A program made the translations under genes and the position numbers. From Gemmatimonadota bacterium (lineage in GTDB: Bacteria; Gemmatimonadota; Gemmatimonadetes; Gemmatimonadales; GWC2-71-9), in the NCBI GenBank assembly GCA_036679645.1, contig JAZDCY010000018.1, forward strand, positions 1-37,515: DNA of 37,515 nucleotides, given 5' to 3'. Position 1 is the stretch's first letter. Each line of letters begins with the position of its first letter. This document shows, piece by piece, positions 26,401 to 37,099 of the stretch. The notes under the pieces are model-generated. The model saw nothing but the letters and a program-made list of their open reading frames with translations. It did no database searches and was not told the origin of the DNA.

Positions 26401-27025
26401 CACGTACAACGTCGAGAAGCTGGTCCCGTGGCGGACGTTGACGGGGCGCCAGCACTTCTACCTGGACCACGAGATGTATCTGGCCTACGGCGAGAACCTC
26501 CCCACCTACAAGCCGTCTCCCAAACCGGAAGCGTACGGCGACCTCAAGCAAACGTTGAAGGACGGGGACGCGAGGATCCTGAACTGCCTCACCCCGCACG
26601 GGAAGTGGCACATCCACTCCACGTACATGGAAAACCTCCGCATGCTGACGCTTTCGCGGGGCTGCGAGCCGGTGTGGATGAGCGAGATCGACGCGGCGGA
26701 GCTGGGGATCCAGGACAACGACTGGGTCGAGGTCTACAACGACCACGGAGTCTACTGCTCCCGCGCCTGCGTCAGCGCTCGCATCCCCAAGGGCGTGTGC
26801 ATCGTGTACCACGTCCCGGAGCGCACGGTTGGGATTCCCAAGTCACAGGTGCGCGGCGGCAAGCGGGCAGGTGGGCACAACAGCTTCACGCGCATCCACC
26901 TCAAGCCGAATTTCCTCGCCGGCGGATACGGACAATTCACGTACCACTTCAACTATTGGGGGCCCATCGCTCCCAATCGGGACACCCACGTCGTCGTCAA
27001 GCGAATGGACAAGGTGGTGTTTTGA
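23411..27025 (+). CDS. narG: Respiratory nitrate reductase alpha subunit
   Basis: [63 protein letters not shown]; no Tat signal. Confidence 0.95.
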   Translation: MGWIKDIVSPQTRKWEEFYRNRFQHDRIVRSTHGVNCTGGCSWQIHVKDGIVTWETQQLDYPLLEDSLPPYEPRGCQRGISFSWYLYSPLRIKYPLIRSALLDAYRAKKRETGDPLKAWKALQADETARKTYQQARGKGGFRRSTWDEVMEIMAVANIYTAERYGPDRVIGFSPIPAMSMMSYAAGGRFLQLFGGVNLSFYDWYCDLPTAFPEIWGEQTDVCESADWYNAKMIADMGACLNMTRTPDCHFFAESRHNGTKAVVFSPDFSQVCKYADQWVPLHAGSDGAFWMATTHVILKEFHHEKQTPYFIDYAKQYTDSPYLVKLERDGDSYKPGRLLRAAEVSEYRDITNGDWKFLNIDANTDRLVVPKGSSGSRWDERQGNWNMKAENAVDDRPYDPVLTLLGRSTEVVQTSFTEFGLDRSVKRGVPAMRVETIDGPVMVTTVYDLIMAQYGVDRGLPGDYPSDYSDKDAAYTPAWQELFTGVASDTVLQFAREWANTAEATGGKCMIIIGAGINHWYHANLMYRAGAMALMLTGCVGKNGGGLNHYVGQEKLAPVDSWSAIAFGKDWHSAVRLQQAPIWHYINTCQYRYDGQFSRYNTVPDNELTRQHTADQIYRSVRMGWMPFYPQFEQNTLELCREALDNGATDDAGITQYVLNKLKSKELKYSVSDPEAEANFPRVWYIWRGNAIMGSMKGHEYCLKHYLGTHSNTIAQDSEDHTTEVNWRDVAPVGKMDLIVDLNFRMDSSALYSDMVLPAASWYEKADLNSTDLHSFIHPLSAAIAPVWESKTDWQIFRNLAKATSEAAAKYFPEPQKDIIATPIAHDSAGEISQPVIKDWYRGECEAVPGKTMHGLAVVDRDYTKLYDKYISLGDRIRSTGLGAHGNHYHCDDAYDEMVASRHFPVERQNGNIYPSLKEDEWACNTVLHLSSLTNGVLNVRAYEDAEKRTGLDLVDLGAGSEDVLIRYADLQAQPRRYNTSPLWSGVMKGGRAYAPYTYNVEKLVPWRTLTGRQHFYLDHEMYLAYGENLPTYKPSPKPEAYGDLKQTLKDGDARILNCLTPHGKWHIHSTYMENLRMLTLSRGCEPVWMSEIDAAELGIQDNDWVEVYNDHGVYCSRACVSARIPKGVCIVYHVPERTVGIPKSQVRGGKRAGGHNSFTRIHLKPNFLAGGYGQFTYHFNYWGPIAPNRDTHVVVKRMDKVVF

Positions 27026-27061
27026 TGGCTGCACGATTGGGCAAAGGACGGGAGATATAAG

Positions 27062-28615
27062 ATGGACGTTCGTTCACAGATTTCGATGGTGTTTCATCTC
27101 GACAAGTGCATTGGTTGTCACACGTGCTCGGTCGCCTGCAAGAACATCTGGACCGACCGCAAAGGCGCCGAGTACATGTGGTGGAACAACGTCGAGACGA
27201 AGCCCGGGACGGGCTATCCGGGTAAGTGGGAAGATCAGGGAATCTACAAAGGTGGCTGGGAGAAGAACGGTGATGGGATTCGTCTCAAGGGGGCTGGGAA
27301 GCCGAAGAGCCTCACCAACATCTTCCACAACCCGCACTTGCCGGTGATCGACGACTACTACGAGCCGTTCACCTACAAGTACCTGGACCTGATAGAGTCC
27401 AAGGCCGGAGACGACCAACCCACTGCGCGTCCCATCTCGATGATCACGGGCGAACCGATGGACATCAAGATGGGACCGAACTGGGACGACGATCTCAGCG
27501 GGTCACCGGACTACGCGCGCAACGACCCCAATCTCAAGAAGCTCACGCCGGCCGAGCAGGAAGCCATGTTCCAGCTGGAGCGCATGGCGTTCTTCTATCT
27601 CCCGCGGATCTGCAACCACTGTCTCAATCCGGCCTGTGTCGCCTCGTGTCCGTCAGGGGCGATCTACAAGCGTGGCGAAGACGGGGTGGTCCTCATCAAT
27701 CAGGATGTCTGTCGTGGATGGCGCATGTGCGTCACGGCATGTCCCTACAAGAAGACGTACTACAACTGGAGTACCGGCAAATCAGAAAAGTGTATCCTGT
27801 GCTACCCGCGGATCGAGGCAGGGCATGCGCCCGCGTGCATGCACTCGTGTGTGGGTCGCATCCGCTACCTCGGCGTCATGCTCTATGACGCGGACCAGAT
27901 CGAGGCGGTGGCGTCTGCTGATGAGGCGGATGTCATACGCCGCCAGATGGACATGATTCTCGATCCGTTCGATCCGGCGGTGATTGCCGCCGCGCAGGCG
28001 AACGGCGTCGCGGACTCTACCATCGACGCCGCGCAGGCCTCGCCGGCGTACAAGTTCGTGAAGGTATGGAACCTCGCGCTGCCGCTGCATCCCGAGTACC
28101 GCACGCTGCCAATGCTCTTCTACGTCCCGCCGTTGTTGCCGGTGATGGCGTCGGTGACACCGGTCGATAACCGCGAGCAGTCAGAAAAAATGAACGACAT
28201 CGCCAAACAGTGGCCGGACAGCTGGCTCTACGACACGAGCACGAAAGAGCTGTTCGGGACCATCGACGATGCACGCTTCCCGCTCCAATACATGGCGAAC
28301 CTGTTCAGCGCGGGCGACCCGGCTCCGGTCGGGGATCGGCTGAAGAAGCTCATGGCGGTTCGGCTCTATCGACGGCGCGAGACGGTAGGAGACGTCGCAC
28401 AGGAAACGGTCGATGCGGCGCTCGCCGACACGGGCCTGACGCCACAGCTGGCTGAGGACATCTACTACCTGACCTCACTCGCACAGTTCAACGACCGGTT
28501 CGTGATCCCCGCGGCCCACCGGGAACAGGCCATCGAGATGATGGAGTTCACGGGTGACGTGAAGGGGAGTACCGGGTTCGGATTCCAGGCCGGATCGGCG
28601 CGGAGGGGATCATGA
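27062..28615 (+). CDS. narH: Respiratory nitrate reductase beta subunit
   Basis: DKCIGCHTCSVACK, CNHCLNPACVASCP, CRGWRMCVTACPY, KCILCYPR...CMHSCVGRIRY. Confidence 0.96.
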   Translation: MDVRSQISMVFHLDKCIGCHTCSVACKNIWTDRKGAEYMWWNNVETKPGTGYPGKWEDQGIYKGGWEKNGDGIRLKGAGKPKSLTNIFHNPHLPVIDDYYEPFTYKYLDLIESKAGDDQPTARPISMITGEPMDIKMGPNWDDDLSGSPDYARNDPNLKKLTPAEQEAMFQLERMAFFYLPRICNHCLNPACVASCPSGAIYKRGEDGVVLINQDVCRGWRMCVTACPYKKTYYNWSTGKSEKCILCYPRIEAGHAPACMHSCVGRIRYLGVMLYDADQIEAVASADEADVIRRQMDMILDPFDPAVIAAAQANGVADSTIDAAQASPAYKFVKVWNLALPLHPEYRTLPMLFYVPPLLPVMASVTPVDNREQSEKMNDIAKQWPDSWLYDTSTKELFGTIDDARFPLQYMANLFSAGDPAPVGDRLKKLMAVRLYRRRETVGDVAQETVDAALADTGLTPQLAEDIYYLTSLAQFNDRFVIPAAHREQAIEMMEFTGDVKGSTGFGFQAGSARRGS

Positions 28616-29334
28616 CGGCACTCATCCGTGCCCACTACGAGCAACTCGCAGCGCTCTTCGAGTACCCTGGACCAGACTATCCCGCACGCGTCCGCCTGGC
28701 GCGTGAGTGCCTTGGGAACCGATACCCGCTCGCGGTTGCCGAGTTGGACGCCTTTGCGCGGGCTCTGCCCTCGGAAACGGACACGTTCTCTCCGGAAGCG
28801 CTCAACGACATGCAGGAGGTCTTCACGCGCTCTTTCGATGTGCAGTCGATCACCACGCTCGGGGTCGGTTACGTGATGTTCGGTGACGATTACAAGCGGG
28901 GTGAGGTACTCGTCAACCTGAATCGGGAGCACCGTGCGGCCGGTGTTGATTGCGGGACCGAACTGCCGGACCATTTGCCGCTCGTGCTGCGCCTGCTGGC
29001 CAGGTGGCAGGATCCGGAGATCGTTGCGGAGTTCGTCGAGGAGATGCTGTATCCCGCGCTCGAGAAAATGATTGGTGAATTCGGGTCCGAGCGCATGGAA
29101 CAACGTAGCCGGCTTTACGAGAAACATTTCAAGACGTTGATCGCCTCGTCCGAGGAGCGCGGCACGATCTTCCGCGCGCCGCTGGCCGCTGTCTACGCGG
29201 TGCTCGCGGAGGACTTCGACCCATCCCCTCGGGAACTGTCGGAGCGGGGAAGTGATTTCCTGCACGCTGTCGGTCGCGAATTGGATATCGAGGCTAGCGA
29301 TGGGCGCCCGGCTCCGTCGGGGAGGATGCTATGA
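28612..29334 (+). CDS. narJ: Nitrate reductase Mo-cofactor assembly chaperone
   Basis: LFEYP, FTRSFD, ELPDHLPLVL; position between narH and narI. Confidence 0.9.
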   Translation: MTALIRAHYEQLAALFEYPGPDYPARVRLARECLGNRYPLAVAELDAFARALPSETDTFSPEALNDMQEVFTRSFDVQSITTLGVGYVMFGDDYKRGEVLVNLNREHRAAGVDCGTELPDHLPLVLRLLARWQDPEIVAEFVEEMLYPALEKMIGEFGSERMEQRSRLYEKHFKTLIASSEERGTIFRAPLAAVYAVLAEDFDPSPRELSERGSDFLHAVGRELDIEASDGRPAPSGRML

Positions 29335-30059
29335 ACACGCTCAATACCTTTCTGTTCGTTGCGTTTCCCTACGTTGCGCTCATTGTATTCGTGGTCGGGG
29401 TCATCTACCGGTATCGGCAGAAGGGGTTCACGGTATCGTCGCTCTCCTCGCAGTTCCTCGAGGGGAAGAAGCTCTTCTGGGGCACGATCCCGTTTCACAT
29501 TGGGATTCTGGTCGTCTTCTTCGGGCATCTCACCGCATTTCTGCTCCCCCGCGCGACCCTCGCCTGGAACAGTATCCCTGTGCGTCTGATCGTTCTCGAG
29601 GTCACCGCGTTCGTGTTTGGCGCGACGGTGTTGGTGGGCCTCGCGGGGCTCATGCTGCGGCGGATTACCAGTGCGCGCATTCGTGCTGTGACGACCAGGA
29701 TGGACATCGTGATCGAGTTGCTGCTGCTCACGCAGGTGGTGTTGGGGCTGTGGATTGCACTTGGCTACCGGTGGGGAGCCTCGTGGTTCGCGGCGGACCT
29801 TTCGCCATACTTGATGTCGCTCGTGACCTTGCGCCCCGAGACCGAAGCGGTGTTTGCGCTCCCGTGGGTGATCAAGCTCCACATAACTGGCGCATTTGCG
29901 ATCCTTTTCATGGTGCCGTTCACGCGCCTCGTACACTTCGTTGTTGCACCCCTGCATTACATCGTGCGTCCGTATCAGCAGGTGATTTGGAATTGGGATC
30001 GGCGGGCAATCCGGAACCCGAGGACCGCCTGGAGCAAGATGCGCCCGGGTAACAACTGA
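29331..30059 (+). CDS. narI: Respiratory nitrate reductase gamma subunit (cytochrome b)
   Basis: AFPYVAL, SSLSSQFLE, FHIGILVVFFGH, KLHI, PFTRLVH. Confidence 0.95.
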   Translation: MNTLNTFLFVAFPYVALIVFVVGVIYRYRQKGFTVSSLSSQFLEGKKLFWGTIPFHIGILVVFFGHLTAFLLPRATLAWNSIPVRLIVLEVTAFVFGATVLVGLAGLMLRRITSARIRAVTTRMDIVIELLLLTQVVLGLWIALGYRWGASWFAADLSPYLMSLVTLRPETEAVFALPWVIKLHITGAFAILFMVPFTRLVHFVVAPLHYIVRPYQQVIWNWDRRAIRNPRTAWSKMRPGNN

Positions 30060-30086
30060 GCCGAGATACTGTTCCGAGAGCCAACT

Positions 30087-31547
30087 GTGACTGACAAAGC
30101 AAGAGCGAATACAACACTAGCACTCAATACGATCGCGTTCACCGTCTGTTTTGCTGCGTGGATGTTGAATGGCGTTCTCGTCACCTACCTGGTCGACAAT
30201 CAGGTCTTCGAGTGGACGCCCAGCCAGATGGGCGTGTTGATCGGCATTCCCGTGCTCACGGGATCGCTGGTCCGGCTGCCCTTGGGCATGTTGACGGACA
30301 AGTTCGGTGGCAAGCCGGTGTACGCGCTGCTGATGTTGGCCGCGGCCGTACCAATGTATCTCTTGAGTTACGTCGACTCGTATCTCGGTTATGCGCTGGC
30401 CAGTCTTGGGTTCGGGCTGACGGGCGGCTCGTTCGCCGTCGGCATCGCGTTTACGGCGGTGTGGTACGCACGCGAACGCCAGGGTACCGCGCTTGGCATC
30501 TTCGGAGCGGGGAACGCCGGGGCCGCCGCCACGACCCTCGGCGCCCCGTCGCTGTTGCGCTACCTCACCGAGAACGGCGCCAACCTCGACGGGTGGCGAA
30601 CACTGCCCAAGATCTATGCAGCGTTGCTGGTGGTCATGGCCATCGTGTTCTTCATGGGAACGCACAACAAGACGCCGGAAGGGGCGAAGACCAAGACGAT
30701 TGCTCAGTTGCTCAGCCCGCTCAAGCACGTGCGCGTGTGGCGGTTCGGCTTGTACTACTTCCTCGTATTCGGTGGGTTTGTCGCACTCGCCCAGTGGCTT
30801 GTGCCGTATTACCTGAACGTGTACGGCATGACGATCGTCATGGCCGGTCTCATGGCTTCGGTCTTCTCGCTGCCGTCCGGATTGATCCGCGCGCTTGGGG
30901 GATGGATGTCGGATTTCTGGGGACCGCGACGCGTACTGTACGCCGTCCTCATGGTGACGGGCCTTTGCTGCTTCTTGCTGATCTTCCCGAAGATGGACAT
31001 CGAGAGTCCCGGCCGTGGGGTGATGTCGCGACGTGCCGGCACCGTAACGGCGGTTTCAGCAACGGCAATCCGCGTCGACGAACAAGAGTATGCGTTGAGG
31101 GTCCGCGACACAGTGGCGGCGCAGGCTTTCGACGAGAGCCAGGTGCTGCTGTTACCGCTCGTGCAAACGTGGCACGAACCGGCAGTTGAAGTTGGGGAGG
31201 GCGTCAACAAGCGTGAAGTCATCGCCCGCGGTGTGACGCACATCTATTTCCAGGCCAACGTGTGGGTGTTCACGATCCTCGTCTTCATCATCGGGATCGC
31301 GATGGGGATAGGAAAGGCGGCCGTCTACAAGTACATCCCGGACTACTTCCCCAATGACATTGGTGTGGTCGGCGGGATCGTCGGGGTCCTCGGCGGCCTG
31401 GGTGGTTTTGTCTCTCCCATCGTGTTCGGCTACCTGCTCGATGGTCTTGGGCTGTGGACCACGACATGGATGTTCCTGTTCGGCGTCACGGCGGCATGCA
31501 TGTTGTGGCTCAGCATCGTCGTACGCCAGATGTCGCGGCAGTTCTGA
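30087..31547 (+). CDS. narK: NarK1-type nitrate/nitrite MFS transporter with a ~90-aa extramembrane insertion
   Basis: PVLTGSLVRLPLG, QGTALGIFGAGNAG, YFLVFGGFVA, GIGKAAVYKYIPDYFP, GGLGGF. Confidence 0.9.
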   Translation: MTDKARANTTLALNTIAFTVCFAAWMLNGVLVTYLVDNQVFEWTPSQMGVLIGIPVLTGSLVRLPLGMLTDKFGGKPVYALLMLAAAVPMYLLSYVDSYLGYALASLGFGLTGGSFAVGIAFTAVWYARERQGTALGIFGAGNAGAAATTLGAPSLLRYLTENGANLDGWRTLPKIYAALLVVMAIVFFMGTHNKTPEGAKTKTIAQLLSPLKHVRVWRFGLYYFLVFGGFVALAQWLVPYYLNVYGMTIVMAGLMASVFSLPSGLIRALGGWMSDFWGPRRVLYAVLMVTGLCCFLLIFPKMDIESPGRGVMSRRAGTVTAVSATAIRVDEQEYALRVRDTVAAQAFDESQVLLLPLVQTWHEPAVEVGEGVNKREVIARGVTHIYFQANVWVFTILVFIIGIAMGIGKAAVYKYIPDYFPNDIGVVGGIVGVLGGLGGFVSPIVFGYLLDGLGLWTTTWMFLFGVTAACMLWLSIVVRQMSRQF

Positions 31548-31596
31548 ACGAATTGGAGAATCCAACAAGCGCCCCACCTGTGGGCCGGAGGCAGCG

Positions 31597-33147
31597 GTGA
31601 CGAGGATTGCCGATTGGCAGGTCGAAGGTGCTGGGTTCTGGGAGAGCACAGGTAAGAGGATCGCCACACGGAATCTTTTGATATCGATCCCGTGCCTGCT
31701 GCTCGCCTTTGCCATATGGTTGTACTGGTCGATCATCATCGTGCAGATGCAGAACCTCGGTTTCACATTCTCTTCCACTCAGCTATACACGCTTCCGGCC
31801 ATCGCGGGACTCGCGGGCGCGACGCTGCGCATTCCCAATTCGTTCATGATCGCCATTTCCGGAGGACGGAACGTCATCGCCATCACCACGGCGCTGCTGA
31901 TCGTTCCCGCCGCCGGCGTCGGGGTGGCGCTGCAGAATCCGGATACGGGGTACCTGACGTTTGCGATTCTGGCGGGACTCAGCGGCGTGGGTGGTGGAGC
32001 ATTCGCGTCGTCGATGTCGAACATCAGTTTCTTCTTCCCAAAGCGGATGCAAGGTCTGTCGCTGGGACTGAACGCCGGTCTGGGGAATCTGGGTGTCAGT
32101 GTCATGCAGGTGCTCATCCCGTGGGCCACGACACTTGCGGTGTTCGGTGGCCTGAGCGGCGATGGCCGGCCGTTACCTGCCGAACGTGGCGGTGAGTTGA
32201 TCTGGATTCAGAACGGGGGATTGATCTGGGTGCCAGCGCTCGTGGTGCTCGCGATCCTCGGGTTCACGTTGATGAACAACCTGCCAATGCACAAGGTGGG
32301 CTCGACGCTGGTGGCATCGGCCAAGATGCTCTGGCTGGAGCTACTCGGGCTGGCGGGTGCTGGTGTCGGCATCGGTCTCTTGTTGGGAGTGGATCTCGGA
32401 CTGCCCGATCTGGCACACGTATTCATCGTCCTGGCAATCACCGTCGTCCTGACACTGCTGTTCATGCGGTATCTGACGCCGGGGCCTGTGCGAGCCAGCC
32501 TTGCGAGCCAATTCGTCATCTTCCGGCGCAAGCACAACTGGGTGATGACGTGGCTCTACACGATGACGTTTGGGTCGTTCATCGGGTACTCCGCGGCGTT
32601 TCCCAAACTCATTCAAGATGTGTTCGGTACGCTTCCCGATGGCGCGACGAACCTCAATGCGCCGAACCCGCTGCACTACGCGTGGCTGGGGCCGCTCGTC
32701 GGTTCACTCGTTCGTCCGGTGGGGGGCTGGATCTCGGACAAGCTCGGCGGCGCACGAGTGACGCATTGGAACACGGTCGTGATGATCGGGTCTGCGCTCG
32801 GGGTGGCCTACTACGTCAAGGTCGCGGGCGCAGCCGGAACACCGGAGTCGTACTGGTGGCCGTTCTTTGGATTGTTCATGCTCCTCTTCATCACGACGGG
32901 CATTGGCAACGGGTCCACGTTTCGCATGATCCCGATCATCTTCAAGCCAGAGCTTGCAGGCCCGGTGCTTGGCTGGACCTCCGCCGTGGCAGCCTACGGA
33001 GCGTTTCTTATTCCGCGGATTTTTGGGGGGCAGATCGAGACGGGCACACCTGAGTACGCGCTGTACGGGTTCGCCGGCTACTACGTGAGTTGTCTGTTCG
33101 TGAACTGGTGGTTTTACGCTCGGAAGAACGCGGAGGTCCCCTGTTGA
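31597..33147 (+). CDS. narK: NarK2-type nitrate/nitrite antiporter
   Basis: FW..TGKRIATRNLLIS, FASSMSNISFFFPK, GLNAGLGNLG, TFGSFIGYS, GIGNGSTFRMIP; GGAGG RBS before GTG 31597. Confidence 0.92.
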   Translation: MTRIADWQVEGAGFWESTGKRIATRNLLISIPCLLLAFAIWLYWSIIIVQMQNLGFTFSSTQLYTLPAIAGLAGATLRIPNSFMIAISGGRNVIAITTALLIVPAAGVGVALQNPDTGYLTFAILAGLSGVGGGAFASSMSNISFFFPKRMQGLSLGLNAGLGNLGVSVMQVLIPWATTLAVFGGLSGDGRPLPAERGGELIWIQNGGLIWVPALVVLAILGFTLMNNLPMHKVGSTLVASAKMLWLELLGLAGAGVGIGLLLGVDLGLPDLAHVFIVLAITVVLTLLFMRYLTPGPVRASLASQFVIFRRKHNWVMTWLYTMTFGSFIGYSAAFPKLIQDVFGTLPDGATNLNAPNPLHYAWLGPLVGSLVRPVGGWISDKLGGARVTHWNTVVMIGSALGVAYYVKVAGAAGTPESYWWPFFGLFMLLFITTGIGNGSTFRMIPIIFKPELAGPVLGWTSAVAAYGAFLIPRIFGGQIETGTPEYALYGFAGYYVSCLFVNWWFYARKNAEVPC

Positions 33148-33620
33148 CAGAGCACGCTCGGAGGATCGTACGGGAAGGCGTAGCCGTCGGCTTGATCGGA
33201 GCAGGTGCGGTGGGCGCCTGGTTCTTCCTGGTCGACCTCATTGCGGGCCGGCCGTTCTTCACACCGGCAATTCTGGGGTCCGCCGTGTTCTTTGGCCTTC
33301 GTGATCCCGCGACCGTGACGATCGGCGTACAGCCGGTGCTTGCCTACACGGCGGTGCACATCGTGGCGTTCGTCGTAGTGGGCCTGATCATCGCGGCCAT
33401 CTTGGCAGAGGCGCGCAAGACGCCACACGTGCTGTGGCTGCTCGTCGAGTTCTTCATCGTGTTCGAGTTCGGTTTCCTCGCGGCGGTGGGCATCTTCTTC
33501 ACACCTCTGCTGGAAGAGCTGGCGTGGATCAACGTCGCGGTCGGAAACTTGATCGCAGCCGGGGGCATGGGATTCTACATGTGGCGCGAACACAACCAAT
33601 CTTCAGAGAGACCCTCATGA
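33144..33620 (+). CDS. Hypothetical membrane protein (about 4 TM)
   Basis: TTGA overlap with the narK2 stop and ATGA overlap with ric; hydrophobic helices, YTAVH. Confidence 0.75.
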   Translation: MTEHARRIVREGVAVGLIGAGAVGAWFFLVDLIAGRPFFTPAILGSAVFFGLRDPATVTIGVQPVLAYTAVHIVAFVVVGLIIAAILAEARKTPHVLWLLVEFFIVFEFGFLAAVGIFFTPLLEELAWINVAVGNLIAAGGMGFYMWREHNQSSERPS

Positions 33621-34351
33621 CCGACATACAAGTTGATATGCAGGTTGGCCGCATCGTTGCGAACAGACCGGCGCGCTCCCGGATCTTCGAGCGCCACGGG
33701 ATTGACTACTGCTGCGGCGGGAAGCGCTCCCTCCAGGACGCCTGCCGTGATCGCGGCGTGGATGCGGCTGCGGTGCTCGCGGAACTGCAGACGGTCGCCA
33801 CGGACACAACGCAGGACGATGTGAATCCGAGCGACATGACGATGACAGAGCTGGCCGATCACATAGAGGCAACCCATCACGTGTATCTGCGGGAAGAGTT
33901 GCCGCGGTTGCAGGGTTTGGTGGACAAGCTCACGACGGCACACGGCGAGCGTTACCCGTGGCTCGAGGATGTCCGGTCGACCTACGGCGACCTCGTGGCG
34001 GAATTGAACCCGCACATGCTGAAGGAGGAACAGATCCTCTTCCCCATGATCCGCGAACTCGATTCCGCGACGGTCGCGCCGTCTCTCCACTGTGGCACGA
34101 TCAGCAATCCGATCAGCGTCATGGAACATGAGCACGCCAACGCCGGCGCTGCGCTGTTGCGTCTCCGGGAGCTCACCAGCGGGTTCGAGGTGCCTCAAGG
34201 GGGATGCAACTCGTTCCGGGCGATGGTGGACGGACTGCGCCAGCTCGAGGCGGATACCCACGCGCACATTCACAAGGAGAACAACGTGCTGTTCGTGCGC
34301 GCCGCAGAAGCGGAAGAGAAAATGCGTGGGAGCCAGAAGGGAAGTCCATAG
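33617..34351 (+). CDS. ric: Iron-sulfur cluster repair di-iron protein (YtfE/ScdA)
   Basis: GIDYCCGG, HHVYLREELP, HMLKEEQILFP, MEHEH, HIHKENNVLF. Confidence 0.95.
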   Translation: MTDIQVDMQVGRIVANRPARSRIFERHGIDYCCGGKRSLQDACRDRGVDAAAVLAELQTVATDTTQDDVNPSDMTMTELADHIEATHHVYLREELPRLQGLVDKLTTAHGERYPWLEDVRSTYGDLVAELNPHMLKEEQILFPMIRELDSATVAPSLHCGTISNPISVMEHEHANAGAALLRLRELTSGFEVPQGGCNSFRAMVDGLRQLEADTHAHIHKENNVLFVRAAEAEEKMRGSQKGSP

Positions 34352-34534
34352 GCGTTGCTGCTGGGCGCTTGACGCTGCGTGAACACGCGGCGCGAATGTG
34401 GGAGTGGCCCCAGCCGACCTCACTCCGCCCAATAACTGAGAGAATGGGAAGGGGACCGCTCGCCCGTGACGCGGGGGAGGGGGCTGAGTATGTTCCTGCC
34501 TTGCGGTGAGCGGTCAACCACATTGTGAGGTGCT

Positions 34535-36229
34535 GTGGCAGCTGCCGGGCCCCGGGAGACCGGGAGGGACTTCATTCGGGCGATGATCGATCGGGACGTG
34601 GCCGCCGGAAAGTGGGACGGCCGTGTCGCGACGCGTTTTCCCCCCGAGCCAAATGGTTACTTGCACATCGGCCACGCGCAGTCCATCTGTCTGAACTTCG
34701 GGATTGCGGAAGAGTATGACGGCACCTGCAACCTGCGTTTTGACGACACCAATCCGCTCAAAGAAGACCAGAAGTACGTCGAGGCAATCAAGGACGATGT
34801 CCGCTGGCTCGGTTTTGATTGGGACGACCGCGAATTCTATGCGTCCGACTACTTCGAGCAGCTCTATGACTTCGCGGTGCTGCTGGTCAAGAAGAGAAAG
34901 GCGTATGTCGACTCGCAGTCTGAGGAGGAGATCCGCGAGAACCGCGGTACGGTCACCAGCCCAGGAACGCCGGGCGCGTACCGCGAGCGGAGCGTCGAAG
35001 AGAACCTTGACCTGCTCGGCCGCATGCGAGGATGCGAGTTCCCGGACGGCGCGCACGTGCTACGCGCGAAGATCGATCTGGCGCATCCCAACATGATCAT
35101 GCGCGATCCGGTGCTCTACCGGATCCGGCACGCGTCACACTATCGCCGTGGCGACGCGTGGTGTCTCTACCCGCTGTATGATTTCACCCACTGCCTCTCC
35201 GATGCGATCGAGGGAATCACCCACTCATTGTGCACGCTGGAATTCAAGGACAACCGCGACATTTACGACTGGCTGGTACGCGAGCTGGGATTTGCGGCAC
35301 CACCCGAGCAGACGGAGTTTGCGCGGACCAACATCGAACATACGGTCCTGAGCAAGCGCAAACTCGTGCGCCTTGTGGAGGATGGTCACGTTGACGGGTG
35401 GGACGATCCACGCCTGCCGACCATTGCCGGTTTGCGACGACGTGGGGTGACGCCGGAGGCGATCCGCGCGTTTGCCGCGACGGTGGGACTGTCCCGGACG
35501 GACGGGATGGTCGAGTACGCCAAACTCGAGCACATCATTCGCGACGACCTGAACATGCGTGTACCGCGCGTGCTCTGTGTTCTGGATCCGTTGAAGGTCG
35601 TCATCACGAACTACCCCGAAGGTGAGAGCGAGGAGCTCGAGGCGCCATATTACCCGCGCGACGTTCCCAAGGAGGGGACGCGTGCGCTGCCGTTCTCGCG
35701 GGAGTTGTTCATAGATCGCGATGATTTCATGGAAGACCCGCCGCGGAAGTTCTTCCGGCTAGCGCCGGGTCGTGAGGTCCGCCTGCGGTACGGGTACTTC
35801 ATAACGTGCACGGACATCGTGAAGAACGACGACGGTGACATAGTCGAGGTGCACTGTACCTATGACCCCGCGACAAAGGGCGGTGATGCGCCCGACGGCC
35901 GCAAGGTGAAGGGGACTATACACTGGGTGTCCGCGGCTCACGCCCTCCGCGCAGAGGCGCGGCTTTACGATCGGCTCTTTACCGTGCCCAACCCCGACGA
36001 CGTCGCAGAGGGCGGCGATTTCACCGATCACCTGAACCCCACCTCGGTCGTCGTCATGCGGGACGCCCGCATCGAGCCCAGTGTCGCGGACGACCCGCCT
36101 GGGACAAGGTACCAGTTCGAGCGGCGCGGTTACTTCATGAGCGATCCCGTCGATTCGCAACCCGGCAGGCTTGTGTTCAATCGAACCGTAGCGTTGCGGG
36201 ATAGTTGGGCGAGGATCTCGCGAAAGTGA
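34535..36229 (+). CDS. glnS: Glutamine--tRNA ligase (no C-terminal Yqey extension)
   Basis: TRFPPEPNGYLHIGHA, RFDDTNP, YPLYDF, THSLCTLEF, LSKRKL, GWDDPRLPT, KGTIHWVS, QFERRGYF, FNRTVAL. Confidence 0.96.
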   Translation: MAAAGPRETGRDFIRAMIDRDVAAGKWDGRVATRFPPEPNGYLHIGHAQSICLNFGIAEEYDGTCNLRFDDTNPLKEDQKYVEAIKDDVRWLGFDWDDREFYASDYFEQLYDFAVLLVKKRKAYVDSQSEEEIRENRGTVTSPGTPGAYRERSVEENLDLLGRMRGCEFPDGAHVLRAKIDLAHPNMIMRDPVLYRIRHASHYRRGDAWCLYPLYDFTHCLSDAIEGITHSLCTLEFKDNRDIYDWLVRELGFAAPPEQTEFARTNIEHTVLSKRKLVRLVEDGHVDGWDDPRLPTIAGLRRRGVTPEAIRAFAATVGLSRTDGMVEYAKLEHIIRDDLNMRVPRVLCVLDPLKVVITNYPEGESEELEAPYYPRDVPKEGTRALPFSRELFIDRDDFMEDPPRKFFRLAPGREVRLRYGYFITCTDIVKNDDGDIVEVHCTYDPATKGGDAPDGRKVKGTIHWVSAAHALRAEARLYDRLFTVPNPDDVAEGGDFTDHLNPTSVVVMRDARIEPSVADDPPGTRYQFERRGYFMSDPVDSQPGRLVFNRTVALRDSWARISRK

Positions 36230-36246
36230 CCTCGAGAGGCTAACAG

Positions 36247-37086
36247 ATGCCAGACATCGGTGTTTATCACCCGCAGATTGTGCACTTCGTGGTGGCGCTC
36301 TTGTTCATCGGCGTACCGGCGCGGATTCTCGCATTCCTGCGCAAACCAAAGTTTCTCAGTCCCATGGCGACGACGCTGATCCTCATCGGCGCGGCCGCGT
36401 CCGTCGTGGCAGCGAAGTCCGGCGAAGATGCGCACGGCCCTTCAGAGCGCATTCCGGGGGCGCGCGACGCCGTACACACCCATGAGGAGCTTGGCGAACG
36501 CGCGCGAAACGTGTTCCTCCTGGTTGCCGCTCTCGAGATAGCGGGTCTCGTGCTGCGCGAGCGGAAGAAGGCACAGACGGGACTCTTGATTGGGTCGAGC
36601 GTTATCGGTGTGATCGGCCTGTTCGTGCTCGCGGAGACGGCGGAGCACGGTGGGGAGATCGTGTACGAGTATGCCGGTGGGGTGGGGACGCGCTCGGGTG
36701 AGGCGGACGACATTGAGCGGCTGCTGCTCGCCGGATTGTATTACCAGGCGCGACAGGATCGAGATGCGGGCCGCGCGGAGAGCGCAGCGGAATTGACGGA
36801 ACTCATGGGTCGGCGCTTTGCCGATGACCCTGCCATTCAGATGCTCGTCGCGGAGTCACTGTTGCGGGACCGGAATGACCCACGCGCCGCGCTCGACCTG
36901 CTTGCGGCCATTCCACTCATCGACGCAAGCGATCGCCTGATCTTCCAGCACGGTATGATGGCCGCGGATGCGCTCGAGGCCGCCGGGATCGCGGACACCG
37001 CTCGTATGGTGCTTGAGGGACTGCGCATGTGGTTCCCGGAGAGCGAACGCATCGCGCGGCGCCTGCAGGAGCTTGGCGGCGGGTAG
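36247..37086 (+). CDS. DUF2231-like membrane protein with C-terminal TPR-like helices
   Basis: [30 protein letters not shown]. Confidence 0.75.
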   Translation: MPDIGVYHPQIVHFVVALLFIGVPARILAFLRKPKFLSPMATTLILIGAAASVVAAKSGEDAHGPSERIPGARDAVHTHEELGERARNVFLLVAALEIAGLVLRERKKAQTGLLIGSSVIGVIGLFVLAETAEHGGEIVYEYAGGVGTRSGEADDIERLLLAGLYYQARQDRDAGRAESAAELTELMGRRFADDPAIQMLVAESLLRDRNDPRAALDLLAAIPLIDASDRLIFQHGMMAADALEAAGIADTARMVLEGLRMWFPESERIARRLQELGGG

Positions 37087-37099
37087 GGTCCCGCGCTCC

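Noticed and set aside
34369..34383. FNR-like box TTGAC-GCTGC-GTGAA downstream of ric
   Set aside because: Spacing is N5 rather than N4, the right half is imperfect, and it is not upstream of the nar operon.
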